A stretch of 64,000 nt of DNA from Candidatus Cloacimonadota bacterium (GTDB lineage Bacteria > Cloacimonadota > Cloacimonadia > Cloacimonadales > TCS61): assembly GCA_021736135.1 (NCBI GenBank), contig JAIPGO010000009.1, positions 704 to 64,703 of the forward strand, read 5' to 3'. Of the stretch, positions 39,243 to 49,361 are shown piece after piece (the first letter of the stretch is position 1; the number at the start of each line of letters is the position of its first letter). Made by a program: the position numbers and the translations under genes. The notes beneath the pieces were generated by a model. The model did not search any database and was not told the DNA's origin. It saw nothing but the letters and a program-made list of their open reading frames with translations.

Positions 39243-39774
39243 AACCGTGGACATATCTGATTAAGTGGAAAAAAGAAGATGCTGAAGAGTTCAGGTTTTT
39301 TTATCCGTTTAATCTGTGTGATCCGCGGTTAAATTATAAGTGTAATAATAGCTTAACAAAGATTATGAACCGCGGATAAAACGGATTTAACGGATAGAAG
39401 AGGAAGATGATAATATATTATATTAGGTCACTTTCTTTTTTGTCTCTTATCCGTTTAATCTGCGTTATCCGCGGTTAGTATATTTAAGTGTAACAAAAGC
39501 TTAATAAAGAATTTGAACCGCGGATAAAACGGATTTAACGGATAGAAGAGGAAGATGAGAATATATTATATTAGGTCACTTTCTTTTTTGTCTCTTATCC
39601 GTTTAATCTGCGTTATCCGCGGTTAGTATATTTAAGTGTAACAAAAGCTTAATAAAGAATTTGAACCGCGGATAAAACGGATTTAACAGATAGAAGAGGA
39701 AGAAGTAAAAGAATTTAATATGCTAATACTTTTCGTTCTGTCTTTTATCCGTTAAATCTGTGTGATCCGCGGTT
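39243..39774. repeat. Left array: four palindromic units (first degenerate), 148-bp period
   Basis: Units at ~39243, 39367, 39515, 39663: GAACCGCGGATAAAACGGATTTAACGGATAGAAG...TTATCCGTTTAATCTGCGTTATCCGCGGTT. Confidence 0.95.
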
Positions 39775-39803
39775 GAAAAATATTCGTTTTCAAAGGAGTT
39801 TCT

Positions 39804-40190
39804 ATGGGGCAATTACTATTTGAGAAAGAGAGTTACAAGATCAGAGGTGCTGCTTTTCAGGTTTATAATACTATGGGATGTGGATTTTTAGAAGCTGTTT
39901 ATCAGGAATGCCTGGAGAGAGAACTTTTAATCAGAAATATTCCTTTTGCTGCAGGTGTAATATTGAACCTGGAATATGATGGTTATTTGCTTGAACAGAA
40001 ATATGTCTGCGATCTTATCTGTTATAATGAGATCATTGTTGAGATCAAGGCTGTAAAAAGTCTGGAAGATATACACCGTGCTCAAGTGATGAATTATTTG
40101 AAGGCAACCGGGTTAAAACTAGGATTATTGGTAAATTTCGGAAGTTACCCAAAAGTCACAATCGAACGTATAATCTGGGAAAAAAAGTAA
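39804..40190 (+). CDS. GxxExxY family PD-(D/E)XK nuclease-like protein
   Basis: GFLEAVY signature, CDL...VEIK, AQVMNYLKATG..LGLLVNFG; 128 aa; AAGGAG RBS. Confidence 0.95.
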   Translation: MGQLLFEKESYKIRGAAFQVYNTMGCGFLEAVYQECLERELLIRNIPFAAGVILNLEYDGYLLEQKYVCDLICYNEIIVEIKAVKSLEDIHRAQVMNYLKATGLKLGLLVNFGSYPKVTIERIIWEKK

Positions 40191-40203
40191 AAAAAAATTT
40201 TAT

Positions 40204-40751
40204 GAACCGCGGATAGAACGGATTGAACGGATAGAAGAGGAAGAAGATAAATATACTATTAGGATTATTTTCCGTATTGTTTTTTATCCGTTTAATCTGC
40301 GTTATCCGCGGTTTGTATATTTACTTGTAATTATAGCTTAATAAAGAATTTGAACCGCGGATAGAACGGATTGAACGGATAGAAGAGGAATATGAGAAAT
40401 ATACTACTCGTGATCACTTTCCGTATTGTCTTTTATCCGTTTAATCTGCGTTATCCGCGGTTTGTATATTTACTTGTAATTATAACTTAACAAAGAATTT
40501 GAACCGCGGATAGAACGGATAGAAGAGGAGAAAGATAAATATAATATCCGTGATTAATTTCTATATTGTCTTTTATCCGTTTAATCTGCGTTATCCGCGG
40601 TTTGTATATTTACTTGTAATTATAACTTAACAAAGAATTTGAACCGCGGATAGAACGGATTGAACGGATAGAAGAGGAATATGAGAAATATACTACTCGT
40701 GATCACTTTCCGTATTGTCTTTTATCCGTTTAATCTGCGTTATCCGCGGTT
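40204..40751. repeat. Right array: four palindromic units, 140-149-bp period
   Basis: Units at 40204, 40352, 40501, 40641: GAACCGCGGATAGAACGGATTGAACGGATAGAAG...TTATCCGTTTAATCTGCGTTATCCGCGGTT. Confidence 0.95.
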
Positions 40752-40778
40752 TTAAACTCTTTTATTTTTTCCTGGGGG

Positions 40779-41804
40779 TTAATATCCCAGTTTCAGGAAC
40801 GTGAATCCTATGATCAAACCGACTATCAGGTTTATCACTTTTACAAAAACAAATCCGCGTCTGCTTTCTGCCAGCATCGGTATCATGCCGTGTCCATCCT
40901 GGACTATGGAACTGGCAAGAAGAATACTGAAGGGGATAGTACCCTCGAAAAAAAGCGTTACAAAGATCAGGTGTGGACCGGATTCGGGAACTAAGCCGAC
41001 GAGAGCGGCAATCAGCAGTACAATATAGCTGTTATTGGAAATCCATGATTCCACGGCGAAGAAGTGCATTAGAATGTGAATAAACAGTAATGCTCCTAAA
41101 GTCCAGGCAAAAATGGTGGGCAGATGCACTTTAACAATGTGATCCCAGAGATGCTCGGTAAGGAAATGCTCAGGCACCGTAACTGCCACAAACATAAGGA
41201 AAAGTGTCACCAGCACCACAGTGACCTTCATCCAGAGCATAAGATCATCTGCGACAACACCGGAAGCATATCCGATAAGGATAAGTAATAAAACCATGAT
41301 CAGCAGCACTCTCTGCATGGATGGTTTTTTCATGTAAACCAGCAGATTACCCTTGGGCAGACACTGGCATTTCTCTTCTAGATGAAGGGGAAGTTTGCGG
41401 TGTGATTTATGAAGATCAAGATGGGGAAATATTTTATCAGTAGCAAAACCGGCAATGATGCCAATAACGAAAGTGAGGGCGATAATAATTAATGCCTGGC
41501 TGGGGATCATAGCCAGCATTACGAAGGTCTCATCACCGCTGGTGGCGATCATGGCAGCAACCACAGCCCCTATGGAAACGATACCATGCGAATACATGGC
41601 AACAATGGTAAATGCACCCAGACAACCTGGAAATGCGCCTAATCCGGCAGCAATGAGATATTGCATCAATGGTTTCTGTTTGAGAAAATGTAGCCATACA
41701 CCCCGTGTCTGCACATTAACATACTCGATCAGAAGCATCATAACAAATACGAAACCCGTGATCATCACGGCATGTTTGAGAACTTCCATTAGAAGATTTA
41801 TCAT
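40779..41804 (-). CDS. Putative metal (Mn) transporter, DUF2899-like
   Basis: PGCLGAF, IATSGDE, PESGPH, QDGHG motifs; His-rich loop; many TM segments. Confidence 0.75.
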   Translation of the reverse strand: MINLLMEVLKHAVMITGFVFVMMLLIEYVNVQTRGVWLHFLKQKPLMQYLIAAGLGAFPGCLGAFTIVAMYSHGIVSIGAVVAAMIATSGDETFVMLAMIPSQALIIIALTFVIGIIAGFATDKIFPHLDLHKSHRKLPLHLEEKCQCLPKGNLLVYMKKPSMQRVLLIMVLLLILIGYASGVVADDLMLWMKVTVVLVTLFLMFVAVTVPEHFLTEHLWDHIVKVHLPTIFAWTLGALLFIHILMHFFAVESWISNNSYIVLLIAALVGLVPESGPHLIFVTLFFEGTIPFSILLASSIVQDGHGMIPMLAESRRGFVFVKVINLIVGLIIGFTFLKLGY

Positions 41805-42065
41805 TATTTATTCCCCCATTCGCTGATTTATAAAAAATATAAGCAAAATTATGTCAAAAGAAAAAAAAACAGAAATTCTCACTGAACAGCCACAACAAAA
41901 AGCATATCCTCAAAAAAATACGTGTATGCTTTTTTGTTGTGTCTGATTGACGGCATTCACAAAATTGGAAGCACACGATACTGATTTCAGGAAAAATGCT
42001 TTGACATGAATAAAAGCAGTTAGATTATTAGTTTAATGTAAATAAAATATAGCAAGGAGTGATTT

Positions 42066-42269
42066 ATGGCGAGAATGACCGTTGATCCGAACTATTGCAA
42101 AGGTTGCGGACTGTGCATTGATGCCTGTCCCAAGAAGATTATCCGGTTTTCCGAAAAGATTAACAAGAAAGGCTATCATTATGCTGAATGTTTTGACCAG
42201 GAAGCTTGTATAGCCTGCAAGATGTGTTACACCACCTGTCCTGACGTGGCGATAACGATCGAGAAATAA
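42066..42269 (+). CDS. 2[4Fe-4S] ferredoxin (delta subunit)
   Basis: CKGCGLC...CP and CIACKMC...CP. Confidence 0.93.
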   Translation: MARMTVDPNYCKGCGLCIDACPKKIIRFSEKINKKGYHYAECFDQEACIACKMCYTTCPDVAITIEK

Positions 42270-42278
42270 GGGGGTAAC

Positions 42279-43361
42279 ATGTCAGAAAAAGTATTAATGA
42301 AAGGAAATGAGGCAGTGGCAGAAGCAGCGATCAGAGCTGGCTGCCGTTTATATTTTGCCTACCCGATCACACCGCAAAGCGAATTGATCGAATATATGGC
42401 GCGTATGATGCCGAAAGTAAAGGGCACATTCGTGCAGGCGGAAAGTGAAATAGCAGCCATTAATATGGTTTATGGAGCTTCCGGCTGCGGCAAGCGGGTG
42501 ATGACGTCATCATCATCACCGGGCATAGCTTTAAAACAGGAAGGCATATCTTATATGGCAGGCGCAAATCTACCGGGAGTGATCGTAAATGTGCAGCGTG
42601 GTGGACCTGGTTTAGGTGATATCCAGCCGGCGCAGGGTGATTATTTCCAGGCAACGCGTGGTGGCGGTAATGGTGATTATTACACTCCCGTACTGGCACC
42701 GAGCACTGTGCAGGAGTTTGCTGACATGGCATCACTGGCATTTGATCTGGCAGATAAATACCGCAATCCGGTATTGATACTGGCAGACGGGCTTTTAGGT
42801 CAGATGATGGAGCCGGTGGAATTTCAACCCTATAAAACGGAAGAAGAGCTGAAAGTTCTAGATAATCAGCATCTGGACTGGTGCTGCTGTCCTAATGAAG
42901 ACGAACCGAATCATCATCATCATGAGATCAATTCTCTGGAAATAGACCCGGTAGTGCTGGAACAGCATGTATTAAAATTAGGCAGAAAGTACGAAGAAAT
43001 CACCCGCAATGAGCAACGCTGGGAAGATTATGACGTAAACGCTGATAATGAAATTCTGGTTGTAGCCTTTGGCACGGCATCACGCATCTGTAAATCTGCA
43101 GTTGATGATCTGAATGCGGCAGGACATAATATCGGACTCGTGCGTCCGATCACGTTGTGGCCCTATCCTTATGATGCAGTGGCAAAAGCTGTGGGACCCA
43201 AGGTAAAGAAAGTAATCGTTTTTGAGCTGAATCTGGGACAAATGGTTCAGGACGTGAAGTTAGCAGTAAATGGCAAAGTTCCGGTAGAATTTATGGGTAA
43301 AGTAGGTGGCATATTATTTACTCCGGAAGAAGTTCTAACAAAAATCAGGGAAAATCTTTAG
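42279..43361 (+). CDS. 2-oxoacid:ferredoxin oxidoreductase alpha subunit (Vor-type)
   Basis: GNEA, YPITPQ, QAESE, TSSSSPG, QRGGPG. Confidence 0.93.
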   Translation: MSEKVLMKGNEAVAEAAIRAGCRLYFAYPITPQSELIEYMARMMPKVKGTFVQAESEIAAINMVYGASGCGKRVMTSSSSPGIALKQEGISYMAGANLPGVIVNVQRGGPGLGDIQPAQGDYFQATRGGGNGDYYTPVLAPSTVQEFADMASLAFDLADKYRNPVLILADGLLGQMMEPVEFQPYKTEEELKVLDNQHLDWCCCPNEDEPNHHHHEINSLEIDPVVLEQHVLKLGRKYEEITRNEQRWEDYDVNADNEILVVAFGTASRICKSAVDDLNAAGHNIGLVRPITLWPYPYDAVAKAVGPKVKKVIVFELNLGQMVQDVKLAVNGKVPVEFMGKVGGILFTPEEVLTKIRENL

Positions 43362-43369
43362 GAGGAAAC

Positions 43370-44116
43370 ATGCAGATAATAGCAACGAGACCAAAAACAC
43401 TTACCGATTTGAATTTCACCTATTGTCCCGGCTGCCTTCATGGTGTGGCACACCGGCTGATAGCGGAAGCGATAGATGAACTAGGCATGAGAAACCAGAT
43501 GATGGGCGTAGCGCCCGTAGGATGTTCCGTATTTGCATATAAATTCTTTAATATAGACATGCAGGAAGCAGCCCATGGCAGAGCGCCGGCGCTGGCAACC
43601 GGCATGAAGAGAGCGCGTCCTGATATGCACGTTTTCACTTATCAGGGAGATGGCGACCTGGCAGCGATAGGCACGGCAGAAATAGTGCATGCAGCTAATC
43701 GTGGAGAACATATCACCGTATTCTTCGTTAATAATGCGATTTACGGCATGACAGGGGGTCAGATGGCTCCAACAACCTTACCGAATATGAAAACCACAAC
43801 ATCACCTTACGGTAGAGATGTGGATGATATCGGTTACCCGATCCGCGTTTGTGAATTGCTTGATTCACTGGTGGCACCTTATTTCATCGAAAGAGTAAGT
43901 TTATTATCACCCGCAGAGATCATGAAAGCCAAAAAGACAGTACTTAAAGCCTTGCAGTATAATAAAGAAGAGCGTGGATTCACGTTTGTGGAATTCGTCT
44001 CCACCTGCCCCACGAACTGGGGACTTGATGCTCTGGAATCACGGAACTGGGCACGGGAAAATATGCTTCCCTTCTTCAATGTGAAGAATTACCGCGATAA
44101 AGGCAAGGAGGCATAA
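43370..44116 (+). CDS. 2-oxoacid:ferredoxin oxidoreductase beta subunit
   Basis: YCPGC, HGR, GDGD..NN..YGMTGGQ TPP motif, CPT. Confidence 0.93.
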   Translation: MQIIATRPKTLTDLNFTYCPGCLHGVAHRLIAEAIDELGMRNQMMGVAPVGCSVFAYKFFNIDMQEAAHGRAPALATGMKRARPDMHVFTYQGDGDLAAIGTAEIVHAANRGEHITVFFVNNAIYGMTGGQMAPTTLPNMKTTTSPYGRDVDDIGYPIRVCELLDSLVAPYFIERVSLLSPAEIMKAKKTVLKALQYNKEERGFTFVEFVSTCPTNWGLDALESRNWARENMLPFFNVKNYRDKGKEA

Positions 44117-44656
44117 ATGAAATCTGAAATGATCTGCGCAGGATTTGGAGGACAAGGTGTATTGACCATTGGCAAGTTTATGGTCAAAGCAGGCATGGTG
44201 GAAGGCAAAAATGTTTCCTGGCTGCCATCTTACGGACCGGAAATGCGGGGTGGAACGGCAAATGTATCCACAGTTATATCCGATAAACCTGTTGGTTCAC
44301 CCATAATATCTTATCCGGACATCGTGATTGCTCTTAATCAGCCATCCATAGATAAATTTGGATATAATATCAAAGCCGGAGGACTATTGATCTATAATGA
44401 AGATATGTGTCCTAACGGTATAGACAGAGACGACATTGACATTGTGAAAGCACCGATGTCTTCCATTGCCATAGAGATAGGTAGTGCCCGTGTGCTGAAC
44501 ATGGTGGCAATTGGCATCATAATCGGTAGAACGGGACTGGTGAAGATTGAAACGATGCTTGATTCCATCGCCCCTTTAAAGAAAAAGGCACCTGAGCTTT
44601 ATGAAATGAATGTGTTAGCAATCGAAAAGGGCTTTGAAATAGGCAAAAAACTTTAG
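44117..44656 (+). CDS. 2-oxoacid:ferredoxin oxidoreductase gamma subunit
   Basis: AGFGGQG and SYGPEMRGG. Confidence 0.93.
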   Translation: MKSEMICAGFGGQGVLTIGKFMVKAGMVEGKNVSWLPSYGPEMRGGTANVSTVISDKPVGSPIISYPDIVIALNQPSIDKFGYNIKAGGLLIYNEDMCPNGIDRDDIDIVKAPMSSIAIEIGSARVLNMVAIGIIIGRTGLVKIETMLDSIAPLKKKAPELYEMNVLAIEKGFEIGKKL

Positions 44657-44664
44657 TATAAACC

Positions 44665-44688
44665 GGCAGGATTCTACGGGATCCTGCC
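44665..44688 (+). terminator. Stem-loop after the oxidoreductase operon
   Basis: GGCAGGATTC-tacg-GGATCCTGCC; no clear U-tract. Confidence 0.45.
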
Positions 44689-44719
44689 TGATATTCAATT
44701 AAAAGAAAGAGAGAAAATT

Positions 44720-45328
44720 ATGAAGAAAATCATCTATTTCGCCATCGTATCCCTTGTTGTATTTATGCTGAGCGGCTGCGCCAGCAGTACACCTCAGGTA
44801 AAACGCGTCAGTCTGGATGAAATTCCCGATTATTCCTGGCGCTGGGGTGAAAATGATAACAGAATAGTATCCGAACAGATAACTATGGAAATGCTTTCCT
44901 CACCGTGGTTGCCCAGTTTCCGAGAGGAAGAAGGCAGAAAACCGGTACTTATCGTTGGCACAATAAGAAACCTGAGCAGTGAACACATTGAAACGCAGTC
45001 ATTTGTAAAAACCATTGAAACCCAGATCACTAACAGCGGCAAAGTAAAATTAGTAGCTTCACGCACAGAAAGAAAAGAAATCCGTGATGAACGCATGGAA
45101 CAACAAAACTATGCCTCTGATGAAACAGCAAAGGCTTTAGCCAGAGAAACAGGCGCTGATATAATGCTGCAGGGAAGCATAAAATCCACACGGGATACCA
45201 AAGGTGGAAAATCCGTGATCACATACCAGGTGGATATGGAACTGATCAATCTGGAAACCAATGAGAAACTCTGGATGGGTTCCGTCCCGATATCAAAGAT
45301 TGATTCTCCTGCTAAGGCAAAGTGGTAA
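44720..45328 (+). CDS. LpoB/CsgG-like lipoprotein
   Basis: LSGC lipobox; N.SSEHI, GAD.ML.GSI, Y.V.MELI..ET.E..W. Confidence 0.75.
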   Translation: MKKIIYFAIVSLVVFMLSGCASSTPQVKRVSLDEIPDYSWRWGENDNRIVSEQITMEMLSSPWLPSFREEEGRKPVLIVGTIRNLSSEHIETQSFVKTIETQITNSGKVKLVASRTERKEIRDERMEQQNYASDETAKALARETGADIMLQGSIKSTRDTKGGKSVITYQVDMELINLETNEKLWMGSVPISKIDSPAKAKW

Positions 45329-45332
45329 TATA

Positions 45333-46721
45333 TTGAATTTTCGAAGCATAAGTTTAATCTTACTGAGCATTATCCTTTTAAGCTGTTCCTATATGGGAAC
45401 GAATAAGACATTTTTTTCAGATACAACGGAAATGGCCTTTAATGGAGATTTTGGCACAGCAATAACGGCAACAGAGAATGCTAAAGATATAGTATATAAG
45501 CTCAAGGACAGGGTAATGTATTTTCTTGATCTGGGTATGCTGCTGCATTACCAGGGCGAATATGAGCGCAGCAATGCGATGCTGGAGCAGGCGGAAAGAG
45601 CAATTGAGGAACTATATACAAAAAGCATTTCTAAAGCGGCACTTTCCCTGCTGCTGAATGATAATGCGCTTGATTATGCCGGAGAAGATTACGAAGACAT
45701 CTATATCAACATCTTTAAATCATTGAATTATATCCATTGTAAAGACAATGAAGCAGCCTTTGTAGAAGTGCGCCGGGTTAATGAAAAGCTGACTGCCCTG
45801 GAAGATAAATATGCCAGATTAAGTTCAGGACTTAACACTTCCAAAGATGCCAAAATCAAACTGGAAGCTGGTAAGAACCGTTTTTTCAATTCAGCGCTGG
45901 CAAGATATTTAAGCCTTCTTTTATACCGCAACAGTGGAAAATGGGATGATGTGCGCATTGATGCAGACAGATTCAGAGCTGCCTGGGAAGAACAGGGCAG
46001 CATCTATAATTTTGATGCACCGGATATATCGGCAGGACTGCAACCTGATGGAGCTGCGCATCTGAATCTTTTCTGCTTCACGGGATTATCACCAGATAAG
46101 CGCTCAAAAACCTGGTGGATACGTACTTTTAAAGACCATATCTTCATTGGAGAATCTAAGGAAAGTTTATCCGGTGAGGAAGTGCTTAATTATGCAGATA
46201 TGTTTTACTGGAAAGACGTGGAGGATAATCTATTCTTTAAATTCGAAATCCCGCTTTTTCAGCCGCGCCCTTCGAATATCTACCGAATGGAAGTATTGAT
46301 CGACGAGAAAAGTTACCGAACTCATAAAGTTGAGAGTATTGATAAAGTTGCAGAAGCAACTTTTGCAGTAAAAAAACCGCTGGTTTATCTTAAAACCATC
46401 CTGCGCACAGTATCCAAAGGCTTGCTGGCAAAACAGGGTAAAGACAAGATGGATAAGCAGTTCAATAACGATTTTCTTTCTTCACTGGCGGCAATAGGTA
46501 CAGATATTGCCGTATCCGCCACGGAACAGGCAGACCTGCGCATTTCGCATTTCTTTCCAAAAGTTGCTTACATTGCAGATATACCTTTGTCCACAGGTAC
46601 TCACCAGATTACGATCAACTATTATAATAAATTTGGCAGTATTATTTATTCAGATAACCGGGGAAAAGTGGAAATTACTCCGGATAAACTTAATATCATA
46701 GAATCAATATGTCTGCAATAG
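45333..46721 (+). CDS. TPR-like lipoprotein (COG3014-like)
   Basis: LLSC lipobox, LLND..DY.GEDYE, A.VE.RR, ADLR; TTG start at 45333 inferred. Confidence 0.7.
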   Translation: MNFRSISLILLSIILLSCSYMGTNKTFFSDTTEMAFNGDFGTAITATENAKDIVYKLKDRVMYFLDLGMLLHYQGEYERSNAMLEQAERAIEELYTKSISKAALSLLLNDNALDYAGEDYEDIYINIFKSLNYIHCKDNEAAFVEVRRVNEKLTALEDKYARLSSGLNTSKDAKIKLEAGKNRFFNSALARYLSLLLYRNSGKWDDVRIDADRFRAAWEEQGSIYNFDAPDISAGLQPDGAAHLNLFCFTGLSPDKRSKTWWIRTFKDHIFIGESKESLSGEEVLNYADMFYWKDVEDNLFFKFEIPLFQPRPSNIYRMEVLIDEKSYRTHKVESIDKVAEATFAVKKPLVYLKTILRTVSKGLLAKQGKDKMDKQFNNDFLSSLAAIGTDIAVSATEQADLRISHFFPKVAYIADIPLSTGTHQITINYYNKFGSIIYSDNRGKVEITPDKLNIIESICLQ

Positions 46722-46732
46722 AGGTAATAAAA

Positions 46733-47767
46733 ATGAAAAGAGCTATTATAATGATCCTTGCCTTATTACTGGTGATGACTTCCTGCGCCGGCAATAAGAA
46801 AAGCGCAGGGGAGCCTGAATGGCTGACCAATCCGGAAAGCCGCTATCCCAGCCGTACTTATATCACGGCCATCGGTTCCGGTTTTTCACGTTCAGATGCA
46901 GAACAGGATGCAGCAGGAAAACTGGCGCGTATCTTTCGTTCTGATGTGCAAACTTCCGAAATAACTGAATTACGTTATGAGGAATTAACCCGTGGTGCAG
47001 AAACAGAAACTGAGGATTATGGAAAAGTAACACGTAATATTCAGCTTTCAGCAGAAGAATCCCTAATCAACATCCAGTTCGGTGAAAGCTTTACTGATGA
47101 AATGGGCAAAGTGCACAGTATTGCCTATCTGGAGCGCTTTTCCACTGCCACGATCTATGAAGAGATGATCTCCGGAAACAGCGAAAAAGTTAACTATTAT
47201 CTTAAGCAGAGCTCAATTCTCGCTGACCCTCTTGACAAATATGCTTACGCAGGAGCGGCCTGGACTATCGCCATCAAAAATGAAGACCTTCTGCGTCAGG
47301 TAAAGATAATTTCCCCCTCTCTGGGTGACATGATCAGCGCAGATTACGAAGTGAGAGAAGTGGAACAGACATACCATGATCTGGCGCGCGGGATAACCTT
47401 TACCATAATAGTGGAAAACGATGAAGATCAGAAGATTACCAGCATCATAAAGAGGCTTTTGACCCAAAAAGGATTCCGGATTTCAGATACGGAAGGCTAT
47501 CTCACCTGCAGCGGGAAAATTATCATCGAAAAGACTGACCTTAATCGAGCTGATGAGACTATCTTTTATCGCTGGGAACTGGCACTTGATCTTACAAATC
47601 CGCAGGACGAGAACATACTCACATTTAATCCCAAGGGTCGTTCGGGTTCAGTTTCTGACTCGGAAGCAATTTCCAGAGTCTATCGTGACTTGGAAAAAGA
47701 ACTGAATAAAACTCTGCTCAAAGATCTGGACCGCTGGTTTGACAATATTGTTTTGCAGGCAAAGTAA
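46733..47767 (+). CDS. LPP20-like lipoprotein
   Basis: TSC lipobox, PEWL, AIGSG...A...A...LA pattern. Confidence 0.7.
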   Translation: MKRAIIMILALLLVMTSCAGNKKSAGEPEWLTNPESRYPSRTYITAIGSGFSRSDAEQDAAGKLARIFRSDVQTSEITELRYEELTRGAETETEDYGKVTRNIQLSAEESLINIQFGESFTDEMGKVHSIAYLERFSTATIYEEMISGNSEKVNYYLKQSSILADPLDKYAYAGAAWTIAIKNEDLLRQVKIISPSLGDMISADYEVREVEQTYHDLARGITFTIIVENDEDQKITSIIKRLLTQKGFRISDTEGYLTCSGKIIIEKTDLNRADETIFYRWELALDLTNPQDENILTFNPKGRSGSVSDSEAISRVYRDLEKELNKTLLKDLDRWFDNIVLQAK

Positions 47768-48184
47768 ATGAAATCATATCGCAAAGAACTCTGGTATAAT
47801 ACTGCCGTTCGCCGGCAACTGCTCAATATCACTCCCCAGATAAACGATTGCCTGCGGGAAAGCGGAATAAAAGAAGGCTTATGCCTTGTTAATGCCATGC
47901 ATATCACAGCAAGTGTATTTATTAATGATAATGAGAGTGGACTGCATAGCGATTTCGAGCGCTGGCTGGAAAAACTTGCCCCGGAAAAACCTTATTCCCA
48001 GTATGCACATAACGGTTTTGAAGATAATGCCGATGCTCATCTGAAAAGAACCATTATGGGGCGCGAAGTAGTGGTTGCCATCACGGAGGGAAAGCTTGAT
48101 TTCGGACCCTGGGAGCAGATTTTCTATGGCGAGTTCGACGGCATGCGCCGCAAAAGAGTGCTTGTAAAAATTATCGGAGAATAA
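47768..48184 (+). CDS. YjbQ/UPF0047 family protein (second paralog)
   Basis: [33 protein letters not shown]. Confidence 0.9.
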   Translation: MKSYRKELWYNTAVRRQLLNITPQINDCLRESGIKEGLCLVNAMHITASVFINDNESGLHSDFERWLEKLAPEKPYSQYAHNGFEDNADAHLKRTIMGREVVVAITEGKLDFGPWEQIFYGEFDGMRRKRVLVKIIGE

Positions 48185-48189
48185 TAATA

Positions 48190-48632
48190 ATGGAAACTAG
48201 AAAAATTGGCATTATAATCTGCGACCGCTACCGTAGATGCGCTGGAGGAAAATGCCTGCGAGCTCTAAAAAACAGGGAAGGCGCCTTTGGCAGATATGAA
48301 AATTGTGATGTGGAACTGGTTGGTTACACTTCCTGTGATGGCTGCCCCGGAGGAAACATCGAATACGCAGTTGACGAAATGCTGAAAAATGGCGTGAACA
48401 CTGTCCATTTTGCCAAGGGCTGCTGGTCGGATATCCGCCATGTCCACGCATCAGTTATTTTCGTGATTATATTCAGCAGAAATATGATGTAGAAGTAATA
48501 TTGGGAACTCATCCAATTCCCGAGAAATATTTTGATGTACATGAAAAACTGGGAACCTGGAACAGCGACCAGTGGCAGGAATTTATTAAGCCGGTTATAA
48601 CAGATCCGGCAACACGAAAAAATTACGATTAA
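48190..48632 (+). pseudogene. CGGC-domain protein with a 1-nt frameshift near 48415
   Basis: CAGGKC and CDGCPG, then a shifted frame continues LLVGYPPCP..GTHPIP.KY..H to TAA 48630-48632. Confidence 0.8.
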
Positions 48633-49333
48633 CCGATAATCTCACGCAGATCGCGTACAGCTTGTCCCAGTCCCGAAAAAATAGCACGCGCCAGCAACGT
48701 GTACCCAATGCGGAATTCATCAATTCCCTTAATTTCCACCAGCGTTCTGATGTTTCGGTAATCAATGCCATGCCCCACGGCACAAATCTTATGATACTGT
48801 TTCACGATATCTACGGAACGATGAATGTTCTCTATTTCGAGGTTAATTTCCTTATTATCGGTTAAAAATGCGAAGTTTCCCGTACATATTTCAATCATCT
48901 GGATGTCCAGCCTGGCTGCCTGTTTGATCTGTTCCGGGTCAGGATCCATCAGAAAACATACTTTAAAACCTTTTTCACGTAATTCGGAAACTGTTTCGTC
49001 CAGGTTTTTATTCATTTTGAGACCCTTCTGGATCACATTGTTTTCATGATAAGTCGGAATTATAGTGATCATATCGGGTTTATAGCTTTGTGCCAGTTCA
49101 ATATAATCCCGGCGATTGGATATTTCCAGATTTAGGCAGGTTTGCACGGTCTCTCTTAAAAGCTTAATATCCCTCGGTTGAATGGCAACTTGACCTGAAC
49201 TGAGACGCACAGAAATACTATCGGCACCGTTAAGTTCGCAGATAGCGGCAGCAGTAACCGGATCCGGCTCAAGTGAATCCCTGAGATTTCTTAATCCGGC
49301 TATTCTATCCAGCTTTACGCTAAGTTTTCTCAT
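48629..49333 (-). CDS. pdxJ: Divergent pyridoxine 5'-phosphate synthase (PdxJ) homolog
   Basis: PDPV.AA...GAD, LNLE, F.DPD..QI, GHG..Y.N, RAI..GL..AV align to PdxJ; many active-site residues differ. Confidence 0.75.
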   Translation of the reverse strand: MRKLSVKLDRIAGLRNLRDSLEPDPVTAAAICELNGADSISVRLSSGQVAIQPRDIKLLRETVQTCLNLEISNRRDYIELAQSYKPDMITIIPTYHENNVIQKGLKMNKNLDETVSELREKGFKVCFLMDPDPEQIKQAARLDIQMIEICTGNFAFLTDNKEINLEIENIHRSVDIVKQYHKICAVGHGIDYRNIRTLVEIKGIDEFRIGYTLLARAIFSGLGQAVRDLREIIG

Positions 49334-49361
49334 TATTCTCCCCTTAATTGTAAATTATGGA

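Noticed and set aside
39243-40751. CRISPR array
   Set aside because: Period is ~148 bp, repeats are inverted pairs, the variable loops are related or identical rather than unique spacers, and no cas genes are in the window
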